A stretch of 53,385 nucleotides of DNA, filler included, from Basidioascus undulatus (lineage: Eukaryota), in the NCBI GenBank assembly GCA_000826855.1. It is 3 parts of 3 records of this genome, joined end to end, with 100 filler letters (N's around TTAATTAATTAA, not from the genome) between each part and the next. Parts side by side here need not be neighbours in the genome. Positions count along the whole stretch, not along the records: positions 1 to 17,768 come from JTLS01000508.1; 2 more parts are not named here. The stretch is one strand, 5' to 3'. Each line of letters begins with the position of its first letter. Within the stretch, counting starts at the first letter, position 1. A program made the position numbers and the translations under genes. The notes below the pieces were generated by a model. That model was not told the DNA's origin. It searched no databases and was given only the letters and a program-made list of their open reading frames with translations. Shown one piece after another: positions 1 through 13,272 of this stretch.

Positions 1-10
1 TCCACCTTAC

Positions 11-186
11 AGTGTCCTTCCCTCCCCCCCGGCACCTCGGCTCTCGCCCCTCGCCCCTCCTGCGGCACCCCTTCTTCTCTCGTCCCTCCATCTCTCGTCC
101 CTCCAAGCAGAGGAAGCCCGCCAAGCGCGCCTGCGCCGCGGCAGCCGCGGCGTGCTTGCGAACCCGCTCGGCCCGCTCAAGGGCAT
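11..186 (-). CDS. Possible first coding exon of a gene running off the contig start (unknown product)
   Basis: ATG at 186, GC-rich open frame MPLSGPSGFASTPRLPRRRR..., followed by a GTAAGG donor at position 10; C/T-rich leader upstream on the minus strand. Frame uncertain. Confidence 0.25.
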
Positions 187-1031
187 GCTTCCCACTGGAA
201 AGCCTGTCCGGTTGGCGGGACGCGATTGATTGTGGTGCTGCTGGGCTGTCGAACGTTTGGCATGGCTTGAGGGCGGGATGGTGGATGGAGAGGGTGGAGC
301 GATTGGGTGGAGCGGACCGAGCGGTGCGCGGACGGTGGGATGATGGGATGACGGGGATGGTCAGGACGGATGGACGATAGAATAAGACGACGATGGGCAG
401 GGGGAATGCTGTGCAATTGAGCGTATTGAAATGCAAATGCGTACTCTCGAAGTCGGCGGATTGCTCGACGTAGGGTGATGCATGCAGGGTCGGCCCATTT
501 AAGGCCTGAATTGCACATCGCATCTGGCAATTTCGGATTCATTGAAGTCACGATCTGCATCGCAGATGTGTAACGCACGGTGCGTTGGGTCGAATGGTTC
601 CACCCTGCATATTTCCTTTAAGCGAACAAGTCGTACTCACAGCTCACGAAGCCCTGACGGCTATTTCATTGTATCCATACCCGATCAGACGTGCGTCCAT
701 ATCACTTGAATATATTTTCAATTGTTTCCGTATCATACGTGCCTAGGATTTACAAAGCGGGGAGCGCAACAAGGCGGGCAAACCTTCACGAACTTAGTAG
801 GGTGGCGTCACGTCGAGTCTGAAGACGTGCAGGTCTGAAGCAGCACCGGTGTAGGTCCAGGATTGTCGGATGCTGCGAAATGTCAGGTCGAGAATGGGTT
901 GTCTCGGAAGTTGGGATCGAGGCGCGAGCGAAACGTTGCTGCGGCAGTCAAGGTGGACCAGCATTGCCTTTGTTCTCTACATCAACGCTCATACAGCCTA
1001 CAAACCTCAGTTTCCTTTGCAAGTTATCAGA

Positions 1032-2012
1032 ATGGGCACCTCTGTATTCCAGCTCGTTGATGCTCCTCGCTGGACGCCCGACGTCATTTATGTGAGTTGC
1101 AGCACTCGATCCGCTGCCCAGCCCACCGATTTCTGCCACGCGCAGCTTCTCATCGCTGTTCCCATTCAGAATTTCTGGGACGGCACAATCACCCAGGAAA
1201 CCAGATATCTTACCGAGAGCATCCGCCTCCTCGCTGCTGAGGGCAGACGGGAGTCAGTCCCCGGCTTCGAGGCCCTCGTCGACAACAACCCACACCAGCC
1301 GTACGCGCTCGCGCGTCTCGCGGCGCTGTACTCCGAACTACACCACCCGTCGGGGGCTTTGAAGCTCGGCCGTGCGGCGCAGCTTATCGTGCACACGCGC
1401 GTCGGGACGAATGCCGACCCGCTCTTTCACCGGTGGGTGGACAAGCTGGCGGGGAACGATGCGAGCAGGATACAAAATCAACGTACGTGCACCTCCTCCT
1501 GTTGGATCCTCCCAAAATTGAACATGAGGGTGTATTGTGCTACTGGAGCCCTCTTCGAGCAGGCGCGTCGGTTGCCGAACATCGTGCAATCCCCGCCTGT
1601 CCGCCTTCGGAGTACACGAGCCACATAGCCGGAGCATCTCGCCGCTCAGGTTAGTGCGGGCTTGGCGGCCCTATGTGGAGAGATGGGTCCCGACGTGGTC
1701 GAGGAGCGGTACGCGCGGATCCTCGCTGTCAAGACTTGCGAGCTTGAGGCCCCCACCCGCGAGTTCCGCCAGGAGGACGTCCAGGTCATGCGCCTTCACG
1801 ACCGGTCGATTCTCCTATTGAATCACTACAACGACATCCCCGAGTCCGTGGAAAGCCTTGTCTCCATCGCCGATGTCGGTCTTTCTGAGAGTTGCCAGTC
1901 AACTTCGACAAACGGCTGACGGGCTGTGGGTCCTTTTGCCTCTCAGAACTACACGACCACGCTCAAGGCTGAGCTCGGCCCCGGCACACTACGGCGGTCG
2001 GTGCGATCCTGA
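1032..2012 (+). CDS. Hypothetical protein (~240 aa, 4-5 exons)
   Basis: ATG 1032 MGTSVFQLVDAPRWTPDVIY, GTGAGT..CAG intron, long exon LLIAVPIQNFWDG..., later exons VSAGLAALCGEMGPDVVEERYARIL... and NYTTTLKAELGPGTLRRSVRS* (TGA 2010-2012). C/G-ending codon bias; no family recognised. Confidence 0.6.
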
Positions 2013-3168
2013 TTCTATATCTAGCTTCATGCCTATCTACACTGTCGCCGCCTCGCTTCGCCACGCGCTCATTTACATCCATCCGTTCATGGTATCAGTC
2101 CTCTCACTGGCGTTCCTGGCAAGTCTTCATAGCTAGCGTTCTTTCCCCTACCTCTCTATAGCAGGAAGGAAACGGCAGGATGACTCGCTGGTCTGCCGCC
2201 GATCTACATTTTCGACGCCGACAAGGCCGAGTAATTCTCCACCCTCAGAATTGTACGAGGGCTGACCTTTTAGTGCGCATGCGGATTATTTCACCGACAG
2301 AGGCTGACATTTCTATCATTGTGGCGGACTTCTTTAGGCCACGAACAGCTCGACATCTCTTGAGTTTCTCGCCCGCCAGTCGCTGAAGGCCCTGGCAACG
2401 CTCCGGGACATTTGCCCTCCACTGCCAACCGATAGCAAATACGCCTTCGATGCCATTCCCGGCCTGACTTATCGGCTAGGTTTCTCGATGGGCATGGACT
2501 CGAGCTCGTTTTTCGTACTTCTGGCCATTCTTGAGCAGCTCCCTCCGCCTGCGCCTTACATGTTTCTCTTCTTCCTCCAGCTTTGAGAAACTGCGTCTTT
2601 CACCTCTGTCTCCAGTTTCACGACATGCCCACTGGCTGCCCAAACGCCTGTCACCCGCATTTCGTAATGTCAAATGCAACCGCTGTAAATCTTTGTTTGT
2701 TCGTGAGAGTCAGATGCATCCCGGGGTGCATTTTCGTAGACGGGTTTTTCTTTGGCGAGCAAAGCTGCAAGCGGGTAATGCGGCGACAAACGCATTGGTG
2801 TGCGATAGTCAAAGTCGCCATGCCCTTGACTTTCCACCCGCGAACGATAATCTGAATGGTATCGTTCTTCCGATTTTTTAGTCAACGGTCCTGCATCGGC
2901 TTGAGGTGTGCAAGTCTGACTGGGAGCAGGTTGTCCTGCCGGAGCGCCAGTGGGGGAACAGCATACTCAAAACACGCAAGATTAAAATAGATGAGCATTT
3001 GCAGGAGATCGGTGGTTTCTTACAAAAGAAACCGACAAAGCAAGCGAGTGACATGGGACTGGCTGCTTAACTACATCCCTCCTACAGCCTAAACGCCTCA
3101 AGTCCTGGCATATGCAGAGCCTAAGACAATTGGAGCCTGCAAGGGTTCTATGGAAAATTTGAAACTGT

Positions 3169-3790
3169 ATGATCCCCCGTATTAAGTGCCGAAAGCCTCA
3201 GACAATGTGTGAGTCACCCTTACATTTGACTCTGTGGCTCTGCTGGTGTAGAGCGTGTCGAACTCGTTCGACGAGTCACCCTCGAAGTCAGTGCCTTCAT
3301 CTCACCGAATCACTCCAAACTACCCTGCCAGAAAGGTATGCGACCTGCCCGGATACGCACGCTCAGCGCTCTTCGGCCCTATTGCCGCACCATCCACGCC
3401 AGCCCGCGAGTTGGCACGTCCTTTCCCGGCACGTCCAAAGCCAAAGCAGCAGAGGTGACGTTTGTACACCTCATTCTGGTATGTTCCTCACTCACATACT
3501 GTCATATGGGATCAAAGAATCAAAAGCACGCTATGGGTAAGTGTGGGACGGCCGCTCTCTCGCAGGTCCTTACCTGTTGTTCTTCCCAGACAAATTCGAG
3601 ACGGATGCGAAGGCACAACCGTCGGAGGAGGAGAAGCAAAGGGAAAGGGAAATCGCGGAGAAGGCTGGTGAGCACGCGTGCACAATGCGGAGTAGGCCAA
3701 GGCATGCTGACATGGATCATGGTATCGCCAGTGGAAGCTGTGAAGCAGGACGAGAAAAAGCACCGGGAGGAGGGGAAGAACGTCGCATGA
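3169..3790 (+). CDS. Small charged hypothetical protein, possibly decayed
   Basis: Short exons bounded by GT..AG introns encode SNSFDESPSKSVP..., DKFETDAKAQPSEEEKQREREIAEKA and VEAVKQDEKKHREEGKNVA*. The 5' phase cannot be resolved. Confidence 0.3.
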
Positions 3791-4019
3791 GTGACTCCTT
3801 TCCATTGCCATCATATTGAAGCTGTGGCTATGGCTTTGTTAGCGTGGTCTTTACACATTCAGAAGGTATCGAGGTTTGAACGTGAGTAGCTGGAAGACGT
3901 CCGATTTCGACGTTGGCCTCCATATATCTCGAAGACGTCTTCGTATCGCCGAAATTCCGGGCGCATTAAAAAGTAATTAATAGTACAGGGCTCATGAAGC
4001 CGGAAATGTTACACAGGGT

Positions 4020-4620
4020 CCCTTCGCCGATTCGAATAGGTTGACCACCTCCAGTCGCGTCCCTTCACTGCCCTACCGCCCTCGCTTGGTTTACTCATCA
4101 CTCCATAAACCACGCATAATAAACAGAAAACTCACCTCCACACTCTCGTACAGGGGCAACCTGCGCCGTCTAACCTCCCCAACCCCCGCCCGCCATCGTC
4201 CCCATCCCCTCCGCGCCGCCCGCGGAAACCCTCCTCCTGCTCAGATCGTCCCGCTCGCCCTTCCGCCAGAGCCAGACCAGCACGCCGATCGTCGCGATCG
4301 ACGAGGTCGCCCCGAGGGCGGCGGCGGCGGCGATCGTAGAAGTGGATGCGGGCGGAATGCAATTCCTAAACGCGAGCGGGATGGGGTAGCCCGAGCCGGC
4401 CTCGAGTTCGCGGCAGATGGGGGAGGAAGGGTAAATATCCAGCTTGGAAGATCGAGCTTGGAGCGGTGGTCGGTCTCCTTGACGAATGGGTCTGTGTGCG
4501 CTGTGTGCGTGTCTGTGATGGGGATTGCAGATCCTGGTGGGTGAGGGAAAAGAGTGAACTGCAAGCTGCTGCAAGGGAAGACCAAGACGCACCTCAGCGC
4601 GCGCTTTCTCAGGCACACTC
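4020..4620 (-). pseudogene. Possible remnant of a single-pass membrane protein gene
   Basis: TM-like segment STIAAAAALGATSSIATIGVLVWLWRK, then a different frame RRRRLPLYESVE ending at a GTGAGT donor; intron signals present but no coherent ORF. Confidence 0.25.
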
Positions 4621-4756
4621 AGGTACGCCCGTTCAGCCCATAAACACTGATGGGTGGGCACGTTCCCGACAATCCGGTGAATGGCCAAGCGAGCCAAGAT
4701 TCTAGAGCTTCTTGTCGCTCTCGAGTTTTGAAGGCCGAGAGGAGGGGAAGAAAAAG

Positions 4757-4828
4757 AGCAACAGCCCGGGATCGAACCGGGGACTTCCAGATTTGCAATC
4801 TGACACTCTACCACTAAGTTACTGCTGC
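4757..4828 (-). tRNA. tRNA-Cys (GCA), intronless
   Basis: Reverse complement GCAGCAG TA ACTT AGTGGTA GAGT G TCAGA TTGCAAA TCTGG AAGTC CCCGG TTCGATC CCGGG CTGTTGC T: all four stems pair, U73 discriminator, T5 run immediately downstream. Confidence 0.93.
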
Positions 4829-6363
4829 TGTGCTTACTACTCAATAGTAACATTAATTCAGATTGTATAAACCTACCTTCAAAGAAGTGAACATTTTAAG
4901 GCTTGTTGAGACTGCTGTAGCCCGGCATCAGTGAGGTACCCAGAATTTACCATATAATTAAACCCTAACCAACCGTCCCGACGGCCGAGCTTGATCTCAC
5001 CACAGCCTGCAATGCACGTTTGACCCTGCCGCACCGCCTCATAACTGACATGACTGCGAAACATATTGTGAATAACGAAAGATAATCATTCACATTTCGG
5101 CTGAGCCTCCTACGAGGAAGCATGGGTGCCCACTCGATGTTCAATGTTCTTGCCGGAGGGCCTGGCAGGCCGGGGCAGCTCAGAGTCTTGAGGTCAAGCT
5201 AGCCGACATGCCCACTTATACGGATTTTGAACAAAAGGGTTCACAGAACAGGAAGTCTAAAACTGAAGAGATGAGTGATTCAGCAACGCACCGTAGTCGC
5301 CGTCTTGCCGATGCACATTGCACAGCGTCCGCTCCCGCCACCTCATCCACAAATGCCTTCAGGCTTGATGTCCTTCACCAATACAAAACACGATCAAGAC
5401 GCCGTGAAACTTGGGGACGAATATATACCAGCGGCATTGTCCGCCCGCGACTCTGCATCCGCTTGTTCTAGGAAGACGAGGCGAGGCGAAGCAGAGATGA
5501 ATTATATCCTGAACTTCTTCAACATGCTGTTCCGTATCTCTGAGCGACATCCTTCCTTTGGATGGTTAGCTTGGCAACTCCGTACAACGAGCGGGTACTT
5601 TCAAAGCAGGCGAGACTACAAGCTTGGAGTCGTGCTCAAAACTGTCTATCGGTAATGGCTCCTACTCTGTGCGTCAGTCTACGAAACATTCTGAAGATTA
5701 TGTGATGTTTTGGAGCCATTGGTCTTCTAGAATCAAATATGTGCACCCTCAAACTCCTGTTGAAACGGTGCTGCCTGCGGAGTGAGAAGACGCTGTGCGT
5801 GCCGGCTCTCATCCACATGAAGCCGGTAGACTGTCCCGGCGGTATTCGTATGACAATCGGTCGTGCTACCTCTGGCACAAGGGAATAAGCAGTGACTCGG
5901 AAGAGAACGTCAGGGGTAGTCTAACGCCTTCGAGCGCTCAATCGACGTGTTTATCAGCACTGCTCGCGCACTTTGGAGGACCTCCTGTTGCATGCCTGGC
6001 ACAGCTCAGACTGAGCTCACTGATATGGCGTGCTCGCCGGCCGTGACAGGCGACGATCATGATTTCTGGTCCGATGCGAAGGAAACTCGAAGCGAAAGTT
6101 GAGAGTTACAAGCTGAAACGATCGCGAGGTGACGCAGCCGAGACTCACGTGCAACGTACAGCCTGGAAGCCAGCCCCTCATGAGCGTTCGTGGCTTATCG
6201 CAGCCATGCCTGGCGTGCTGCTCGCCCCCGACTGCAATCTCTCTTCTTTCCCCTCTTGATCCCCAACGGCTACGATCCCCCAGAACATACCCCTTTCCAC
6301 GCCTCGTCATCCCTAGATTCAGCACCCAGATCAACGACTTCATCGCCTAGAGCGACGCCCGCG

Positions 6364-9300
6364 ATGCGTCTTCTTACTTCGGCCGCCCTCATCGGCCTCC
6401 CCGCCACCGCGCTCGCCCTTTCCGCCTCCGGGTCCTCCAGCCAGCGCAAGACGCTCGCCTGGGGCACCGGCGCGCGCTCCAAGTTCTCCACGTCCCCAAT
6501 CGCCAACTCGTACTTCACCACCGCCGACCTCGGCAAGAAGAGCCCCGTCGACATCGCGTTCGCGTTCGCACGCAGCCTCACGGCCCACGACGTCCGCGTG
6601 CGCGACGACGCGTACACAGACGACCACACCGGCGTGACGCATGTGTACATCCGCCAGCTCGTCAAGGGCATGGAGGTTTGGGACGGGGACTTCAACGTCA
6701 ACGTCGATAAGGATGGGAACGTTATCAGCTGGGGCAGCTCGGTGAGTCACGCGACCATCAGTGCGTTGAGTTTGATGAGGCAGCGGGCTGAAGGCATTTG
6801 CCAGTTCTACGATGGCCCTGAACCTATCGATCTTTTGGACGAAGGCGTCCACGAGCGCTGCTCCGACCTTCGCGAGTCGCTCGCCCGGCACATCACGCCC
6901 TCCCACAACTCGGAGGCGCAGATGGTCTTCGGCGCGACCTCCTCCGAGCGCCTCGCCGCCCTCCAGCACTCGGTCCTCCTCTACTGCCCGCATCGCCAGA
7001 CGGACGCGTTCCTCCTCTCATCCCTCCCCGCGCACCAGCAGCCGCTCCTGCAGCACGCGCGCTCGCTCAACCTCCCGCCTACAGCAGACCTCCACCCCGC
7101 GTCCGTCGCGGCGCTCTCGCTCGTGGCGCTCACGACGACGGACGAATCCCTCTCGCAGGCTCTGTATGACGACCTCCCGTCCCACCTCGACGGAGTGACG
7201 TCCTCGTTCGAAACCCACCTCCACTCGGACGGGACCGAGACGGTCGTCGAGACGCTGCACGGCGTACCGGACACGATCGGGCCCGTCAAGGCCTCTGTTG
7301 GCTGGAGCCAGCGCCAGCTCGAGGACGGCAAGACCGAGCTCGTCCCCGTCTGGAAGCTCGAGATGCCGATGAAGCTCAACTCGTACGAGGCGACCATGCC
7401 CGCTGCGAACCCGAAGCTGCCGCTCTCGATCGTCGACTGGGTCGCGGACTCACCCGTGCCTAAGCCGTCGCCGCCAGCTGCGGTTGACCCCCTGTACAAG
7501 GTTTATAAATGGGGTGTGAACGGTGCGTCGTCCATGCTTTCCCTGTACTGAGCGCTGCGAGCTGACCAGTTTCCGGGGCGATAGACCCGAGCGTTGGCCA
7601 CGTACGCATTTCCTTGATCTTGCTCGCCAATACGTATAACCTAATCTTTGCCTATCCCTTCTACAGCGCCTGAGCCTTCACTCGCCGCACGATCACCACG
7701 CGTCTCCGCTCGGCTGGCACTCCATCCCTGCTGGGACCCGCCTGCCCTTCTCCGACGTCCAGGCTAAGGGCGGGTCCACCAACTTCACCGACAGTACGTC
7801 GACTCACATTCTCTCTCCGTAATATATTCATTGTCTGACTTATTGACATTGATTTCAGCTCGGGGCAACAACGTGTTCGCGCACGAGAACTGGCAGGGCG
7901 CCGACAACTGGTTCGTTTCTCCTCCCCTGGCAGTCAGTTCTTTTCAAACATGCAGGGCTAACTCAGCGGGCGGGCAGGATTTCGAACTACCGCCCGAACG
8001 CCGGTCCCTCGCTCAACTTCTCGTACCACCTCGGCATCAAGCACATTGACGGCCAGGAGCTCTCCCCGCGTACGTACATCAACGCGTCCATCACCGAGCT
8101 CTTCTTCACCTGCAACCTTGTGCGTCCTTCGCAATCTTTCCAGCGCAAATGTCCGATAGCTCACGGATATTGTACATACACAGATCCACGACCTCTACGC
8201 CCGCTACGGCTTCGACGAGAAGGCTGGCAACTTCCAGGAGAACAACTTCGGCCGTGGCGGCAAGGGCGGCGACGCGGTCGTTGCGAACGCGCAGGACGGC
8301 TCGGGCTACAAGTGAGCTTTCTCATCCGTTTTGTTTCCACTTGAGGGGAGGTCTGCTAATGCGCTTTGACCGCCATCAGCAACGCCAACTTCATGACGCC
8401 GCCCGACGGTCAGCGCCCGCGCATGCGCATGTACGTCTGGGACACCGCGAAGCCGTGGAGGGACGGCGATCTCGAGGCTGGTATTGTCATTCATGAGTAC
8501 GTCTGTGGCATGCAGTTGCTTGTCTTGCGCGAGGAGATGCTGATCGCATTTCGTTGCGCTGCAGGTACACGCACGGCCTTTCGACCCGTCTTACTGGCGG
8601 TCCGGCGAACTCTGGCTGCCTTGGCTGGGGCGAGGCTGGCGGCATGGTGCGTCACATCCTCTGCTTGCGTTTCTTCGGAAGGATCACTTGCTTATCTTCG
8701 ACGCTGTGCCAGGGTGAGGGCTGGGGTGACGCACTGGCGACCATCATCCGGAGCAAGAAGAAGTACCATGACTAGTCAGTCACCGAGCGTCCTTAGCACA
8801 TCCGGCATTGGGACTGACCTGTGTGGGTTGACTCTCAGCGCTATGGGATCTTGGGCCGCGAACCGGGCCAACGGCATCCGTCACTACCCTTACTCGAGCA
8901 ACAGCACCATCGTGAATCGAATGATATGCAACCAGGTGAAAGCATCACTGACCCCGCGAACTGCCACAGAACCCGAGCGTCTACAAGACTCTCGACGGAC
9001 CTGGCTACTTCGGCGTCCACGCTATCGGCGAGGTCTGGGCTGAGATGCTGTTCGAGCTTGTCATCGGTGCGCTCCTTAACATTTTTGTCCGCATTCCCGT
9101 CATACTGATATGGGTGCTGTGATGACAGTCCTCGAGGCCAAGCACGGCTTCTCGACCACCCTCTTCCCGCCCGCCCCTCAGGCGGACGGCACATACGCTG
9201 CCGACGGCGAGGGCTTCTACCGCCCCATCGACCCGTCTGACGCCGAGGCCAAGTCGAAGCCGCGCGTGCCCATCCACGGCAACACGCTCGCTACGCAGCT

Positions 9301-9701
9301 CATCATCGACGGCATGAAGCTGCAGCCTTGCCGTCCTTCGTACGTTGTTCTTGCTGACTGAAAGCCAGAAGCCGTGAGGCTTACGGAGTGGTTGGGAACA
9401 GGTTCATCGACGCTCGTAATGCGATCATCCAGGCCGATGAGATCCTCACCGGCGGCGAGAACGCCTGTGAGATCTGGACGGCGTTCGCCAAGCGCGGTCT
9501 TGTGAGTTCTGTTTGAATAACTTGTTTCGCGGTTCTCGCTCATTCTTCTGCGCGACGTAGGGTCCCGATGCTGCGCTCCGTGGCGGCACCCCCTGGGGCG
9601 GCGGTATCCGCGAGAACGACTTCAGCGTCCCGAAGAGCGCCTGCGGCGGCAAGGACGTGCCGCCCAAGAAGAAGAAGGGCGACTCGAAGCCTTTCTTCTG
9701 A
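6364..9701 (+). CDS. Extracellular metalloproteinase, fungalysin (peptidase M36) with FTP propeptide
   Basis: Signal peptide [18 protein letters not shown]; propeptide [121 protein letters not shown]; about 14 GT-AG introns; TGA at 9699-9701. Confidence 0.96.
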
Positions 9702-10326
9702 TCACCTCGTCATACGCCTCCCGCTCCCATTTCTTTATCTGCATCGCATGTTTCTCCTTCTCTTCACATACTCCCACCTCCCCTTGCCCATCCTCGGATC
9801 TGCATCGGCTCTACGTCGCGCGCGCTCTGAGAAGCGCGCAGGGGGTTAGATCATAATCCGTCTTTTACAGCGTTTTCATTCGGCGCTCTTGTGTTAGTTC
9901 CCTCGCTCTTGTCTCCGTACTCGATTCTCGCTCTCGCTCTCCCAGACTGTGAAACCCATGAACTAACCCAGTATCGCGCTGTTGTGTCATTTTGTACCAC
10001 CCACACAATAGAACCATTCGTGCTGCAGTGTCGTTGGGTGTGCAGCCTGTCCGGGGACGCGGTTAGCGTCGTGAGTTGGTCCCTACCAATGCAAGTTTAT
10101 ATTAACTACGCATAAAGGGAACGTACTCACGTATAGAGTGTATGGAGCTTGGTCAGTGCCGGATCATAATCAGACGCAGATAAATGCAGCGCCGTGTGAC
10201 GGGAGTCCCCTCAACGGTGAGCGCCACGCCTTCGGCTTGACACAAAGCAGCGTCCATATCTAATATTGAACGTGTCCCTCTCAATGCTTTTATCAAATTT
10301 TCTTCTCCCCAATCTATTAAAGCCAT

Positions 10327-10930
10327 CTACACACCCCTTCGACACTTTGAGACGAGCGTAGACAAACTCCCAGAAAGCCGAAAAAGCAATCGCCCATCGC
10401 GTCTGGACACATCGTGCATCGATTGGTGTTTCATGAGCGGCAAAAGCGCTTTGCGAGTTTCAGTCGCCCCATACTGCGTGCTGCGACGTAGTCGGGAATG
10501 ACAATCTTGGCGTCCGTGCGCGAACCGACGAATGCACGCAGCATTAGTCCGGCTACCTCTACTGCGCGCTGAGCGGCGTATTTCTGGGAGATCCGTAAAA
10601 GTATTTGGCTTCGCCGACGCTCTTAAGTATCGGGAGTTCTTGAGAGGGATGGATGAGGCAGAGGAACCTGTCCAGGTCGACTGCGGTTTCGTCCACAGGG
10701 ACAGCGCTTGCAGCGCCGTTTGTCGCCGGTCGCGAAAGGGAGAGCATGTTACTGAAGACACTTGAGTTGAAGCGAAGGACATGGCGTTCCATGTAGACGA
10801 AGACATCGTCCTTGGAGCGAAGGGCGAAGCCAGCGGAGGGGTCATCGAACTTGTTCGACACTTGCCGCGTGGCTTCAGTCGCCGACGTCGCCTGTGGCAG
10901 CCCGGCCTCGGAGCTGGATTGGGGTGCCAT
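10327..10930 (-). pseudogene. BTB/POZ-domain protein, frameshifted
   Basis: FDDPSAGFALRSKDDVFVYMERHVLRFNSSVFSNML...VDETAVDLDRFLCLIHP resembles a fungal BTB domain. The expected LLRISQKY continuation lies in another frame (shift near 10605), with a second shift near 10455. Confidence 0.7.
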
Positions 10931-11439
10931 GCAAAGATTCGTTATAACACAACGAGTGCGGTAACGTTCAACGTGGTTGAGAGTGCAAGGGGGCCGAACC
11001 TTGACCTTCACGCAACAGGACGCTGACTCAGTGACTTGTTTCAGCTGTATAGTACCTCAGACACGAGAATGCTGGCGTGCACTCGCAGAGCTGTGGCGGA
11101 AAACGAGCTTAAGCGAACTATTTCAAACGTCATCTCAACGAACGACATCGCTTAGCCAGAGCACTCCAGAGCCACCGTCAACGATCCAGCTTAACGCCAG
11201 ACCTCTTTGCCCCACGGCATCCACTAACTATAAAAGAAGCAGTACAGAATGCGAGGAGAACGACACGAGTGAGACAGAGAGAGAGCGACAGAAAAAAATG
11301 TGAAGCAGCCGTCAAGATCCCGCCCAGGCAGTCAAAGGCGAGGATCGCGGTCCTGATATTCTGTTTGATACACCCCACCATGAGCAAAGGCAGTGGTATA
11401 GGCAAGACCCAGGCACGGGGATAGCGAGAGAAAGAGATA

Positions 11440-12162
11440 CTCACCGCTCACGCGCAATTGAAATACCTTGCGGCAGACCCTGCTTATACCAAAGACGTTG
11501 AAGGACCTGGTGAAGCATTTAAAGTCGTCCTCGGTGTAGCTCCGGTACTTGAACTGGAAGCGTTATACAGCTTATCTCGTAGGTGGCGAGCCATTGGATT
11601 TCGTAATAAAGGGTGTGCCGTAACTGGTTGGGAGAAACGTTTTGGAAGTTGGATAACACGCGATACGGTCAGTATTGTCTGACCAGAAAAGGTTTGTAAA
11701 GCCCAGGAAGATAAAGCGTTGCAGGGGCAAAGGTAACAGAATACGAAGCACAGCCGGGAGGAAGAAGACAGGGGAGAAGGGTAAGCATATTGACTCACGT
11801 TCGCTTCACCCGAAAAGCCTGGGACGTTCCCCTGAAGCTCCAGGTCACAGTCCCCACAGTTGCAGTCGCCATTGTAGACATTGACCCCCTCGGAGTTTGA
11901 GGTTCCCCCCGGAAAGTCGTCTTGAAAAGTATGATGCCGGTTGCCAATCAGCGTCAGTCGGTCCATCCTAGCGCATGAACGCAGAAATAGGACTCACTGG
12001 CGGCTATGTTGACTATAATCGTGAGCACGCAGTTGCCCGGACCGGGCGGTTCACAACTCCCTCGTCCGGCTGCTGCCGCTTAACGGCGGGAAAAGCGTAG
12101 GCGTTCGAGGCAAAGAGGGTAAGAAGAACAGCGACGCCGAAGGCGGGAGCGAAGAGCTTCAT
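11440..12162 (-). pseudogene. Small secreted cysteine-rich protein, frameshifted
   Basis: ATG 12162 MKLFAPAFGVAVLLTLFASNAYAFPAVKR (signal peptide plus KR site). SCEPPGPGNCVLTIIV needs a frameshift near 12060. Two GTGAGT introns; later exon VNVYNGDCNCGDCDLE. 3' end approximate. Confidence 0.55.
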
Positions 12163-13272
12163 TGTGCACTCTGCCTAACAGAAATCAGCTGGAGGTTTCA
12201 TGGATATCTCGGATTATTCTATTGGGACAAGATAGCTTAGGAGGTATGATTCAAAATAGATGGCTTAGAGAGTCGAGAGGTATAGTAGGTGAACGCGAAC
12301 GTCGAGGAGAGTGAACGGTGAGGAAGGAACGGCAGGCCGTTGTCCTCGGTCTTTTATGCTGCTTGGACAACAGGATGGCTTGCCTGTCTGTACTAGAACG
12401 TACGCCAGCATGTGCACGGACTTATTGGGAAGGGTCATTTCTCAGTCTTTTGACAGAGCCGGTTCCGGGTGTGGGGTCTTCCTCATGTATTCCAAAAAGT
12501 CAAGGCAGTGTCTGCGTGTGTGCGTGTGGGTGCGTATGGGCGATCCACACGCACAGTGTCCGTGTGATGCTACGCAGTTCATACACACTTGATATATTCG
12601 TGTAAATCTCAGCTCGGGTAGGCGTGACGGTTCCTTCCTACTTCGCGAAGCGAAGACAGACAGCCCTCATGCGAGGACATGACCTCATGCATACAGCTCC
12701 TGCACATCCAAGATTTTAATTAAAAAAATTATACATTTCTGAGACGTATAGCTCGGCCAAGCGCGCTGATCAGCTGAGTAGGACGCACATGCATGGTGTC
12801 AAGAGCAACAGTACAACGTGCACTTTTGAAGCTTGCGTTTTACAGAGGGAGCACGAGCGCCAAGCTAAGCAGGATGGAAAACTTGACTGTGCACGAATTA
12901 TTGCTACGTAGACACCCCGTAAGACCAAATGAGGAGTCAAATGTGCGCCGGTGTAAGTATTGCTGACCGACCGCGATTTGGCTGCCCAGACACCACATGC
13001 GGCAGGAATATGAATTAAAATTTGTTATACTGTAATGATGATACGGATTCCGCCTATATATGTCCATTACCCTCCAGTATATGTGAGCCGAAGATGAAAG
13101 TACAACGAAAGCTATAGGATCAAGAAAACAGCGTAAATTTCGAAGACAGCGAGACAAGCAGATGGCAAGGCAGGCTTCCATTATCGTTAGCGCAAAGTCA
13201 TCCACGGTTATGTACAAACTACGGTACAGTCTAAACGGTTCACAGATGGCGTCGACATGAAAGTGTGCGCGC

